64,000 nucleotides of DNA, taken from the NCBI GenBank assembly GCA_977016875.1, contig CDRNST010000148.1, forward strand, positions 2,418,001 to 2,482,000, in the 5' to 3' direction. Source of the stretch: Pavona decussata. Lineage: Eukaryota. The notes under the pieces are model-generated. The model worked only from the letters and a program-made list of their open reading frames with translations, did no database searches and was not told where the DNA came from. Shown in pieces: positions 63,808 to 64,000 of the stretch (within the stretch, counting starts at the first letter, position 1; the number at the start of each line of letters is the position of its first letter). Position numbers and translations under genes: made by a program.

Positions 63808-63922
63808 ATGGATTTCTTAAGTAGTAACAAAACGAAGGTAGTTTGTGCTGCCGTGGTTGCCGTTATAATTTTCATCGGTGCAATGGTAGGGACATCTCTA
63901 CGCAAGCTGAGCACAGAAGAAG
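63808..63922 (+). CDS. First exon of a probable second SPFH-family membrane protein (continues beyond the window)
   Basis: MDFLSSNKTKVVCAAVVAVIIFIGAMVGTSLRKLSTEE + G|gtattt (phase 1): TM helix then SLRKLSTEE, aligning with SFSDVEYYE of the neighbour; both exons end at the equivalent Glu. Confidence 0.6.
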
Positions 63923-64000
63923 GTATTTAAAACCAGTTTGCAAGACACCGAATATCGAAGTAGACACCCACCCAACTACTTCTCTTAGGATAAATCAGCA

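Overview
AT-rich eukaryotic DNA with GT-AG introns. The repeat families, Emx and the CaSR-like receptor point to an anthozoan, probably a stony coral (inference). Genes reconstructed by hand with consistent splice phases: a 9-exon histidine acid phosphatase (+, 5963-15550, 444 aa); an uncharacterised basic/coiled-coil gene (+, 32895-36112); a 2-exon Emx homeobox gene (-, 44811-43740, 188 aa); a class C GPCR of CaSR type with an intronless CDS (-, 55255-52610); and a 4-exon SPFH/band-7 membrane protein (-, 63299-59866, 332 aa). Not evident from the ORF track: the first exon of a probable second SPFH gene head-to-head with the first (ATG 63808, 508 bp away), a spliced 86-aa microprotein beside an RFX X-box (21230-24525), and a probable first exon of another homeobox gene with an LPWM hexapeptide (1546-1243). 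Introns and intergenic DNA hold many non-autonomous DNA transposons (AcademH-, Harbinger- and Kolobok-like, foldbacks), a composite TIR element carrying Penelope RT and a hammerhead motif, and palindromic hammerhead pairs. No rRNA, tRNA gene or CRISPR array is supported. All family assignments come from motif recognition, not database searches.
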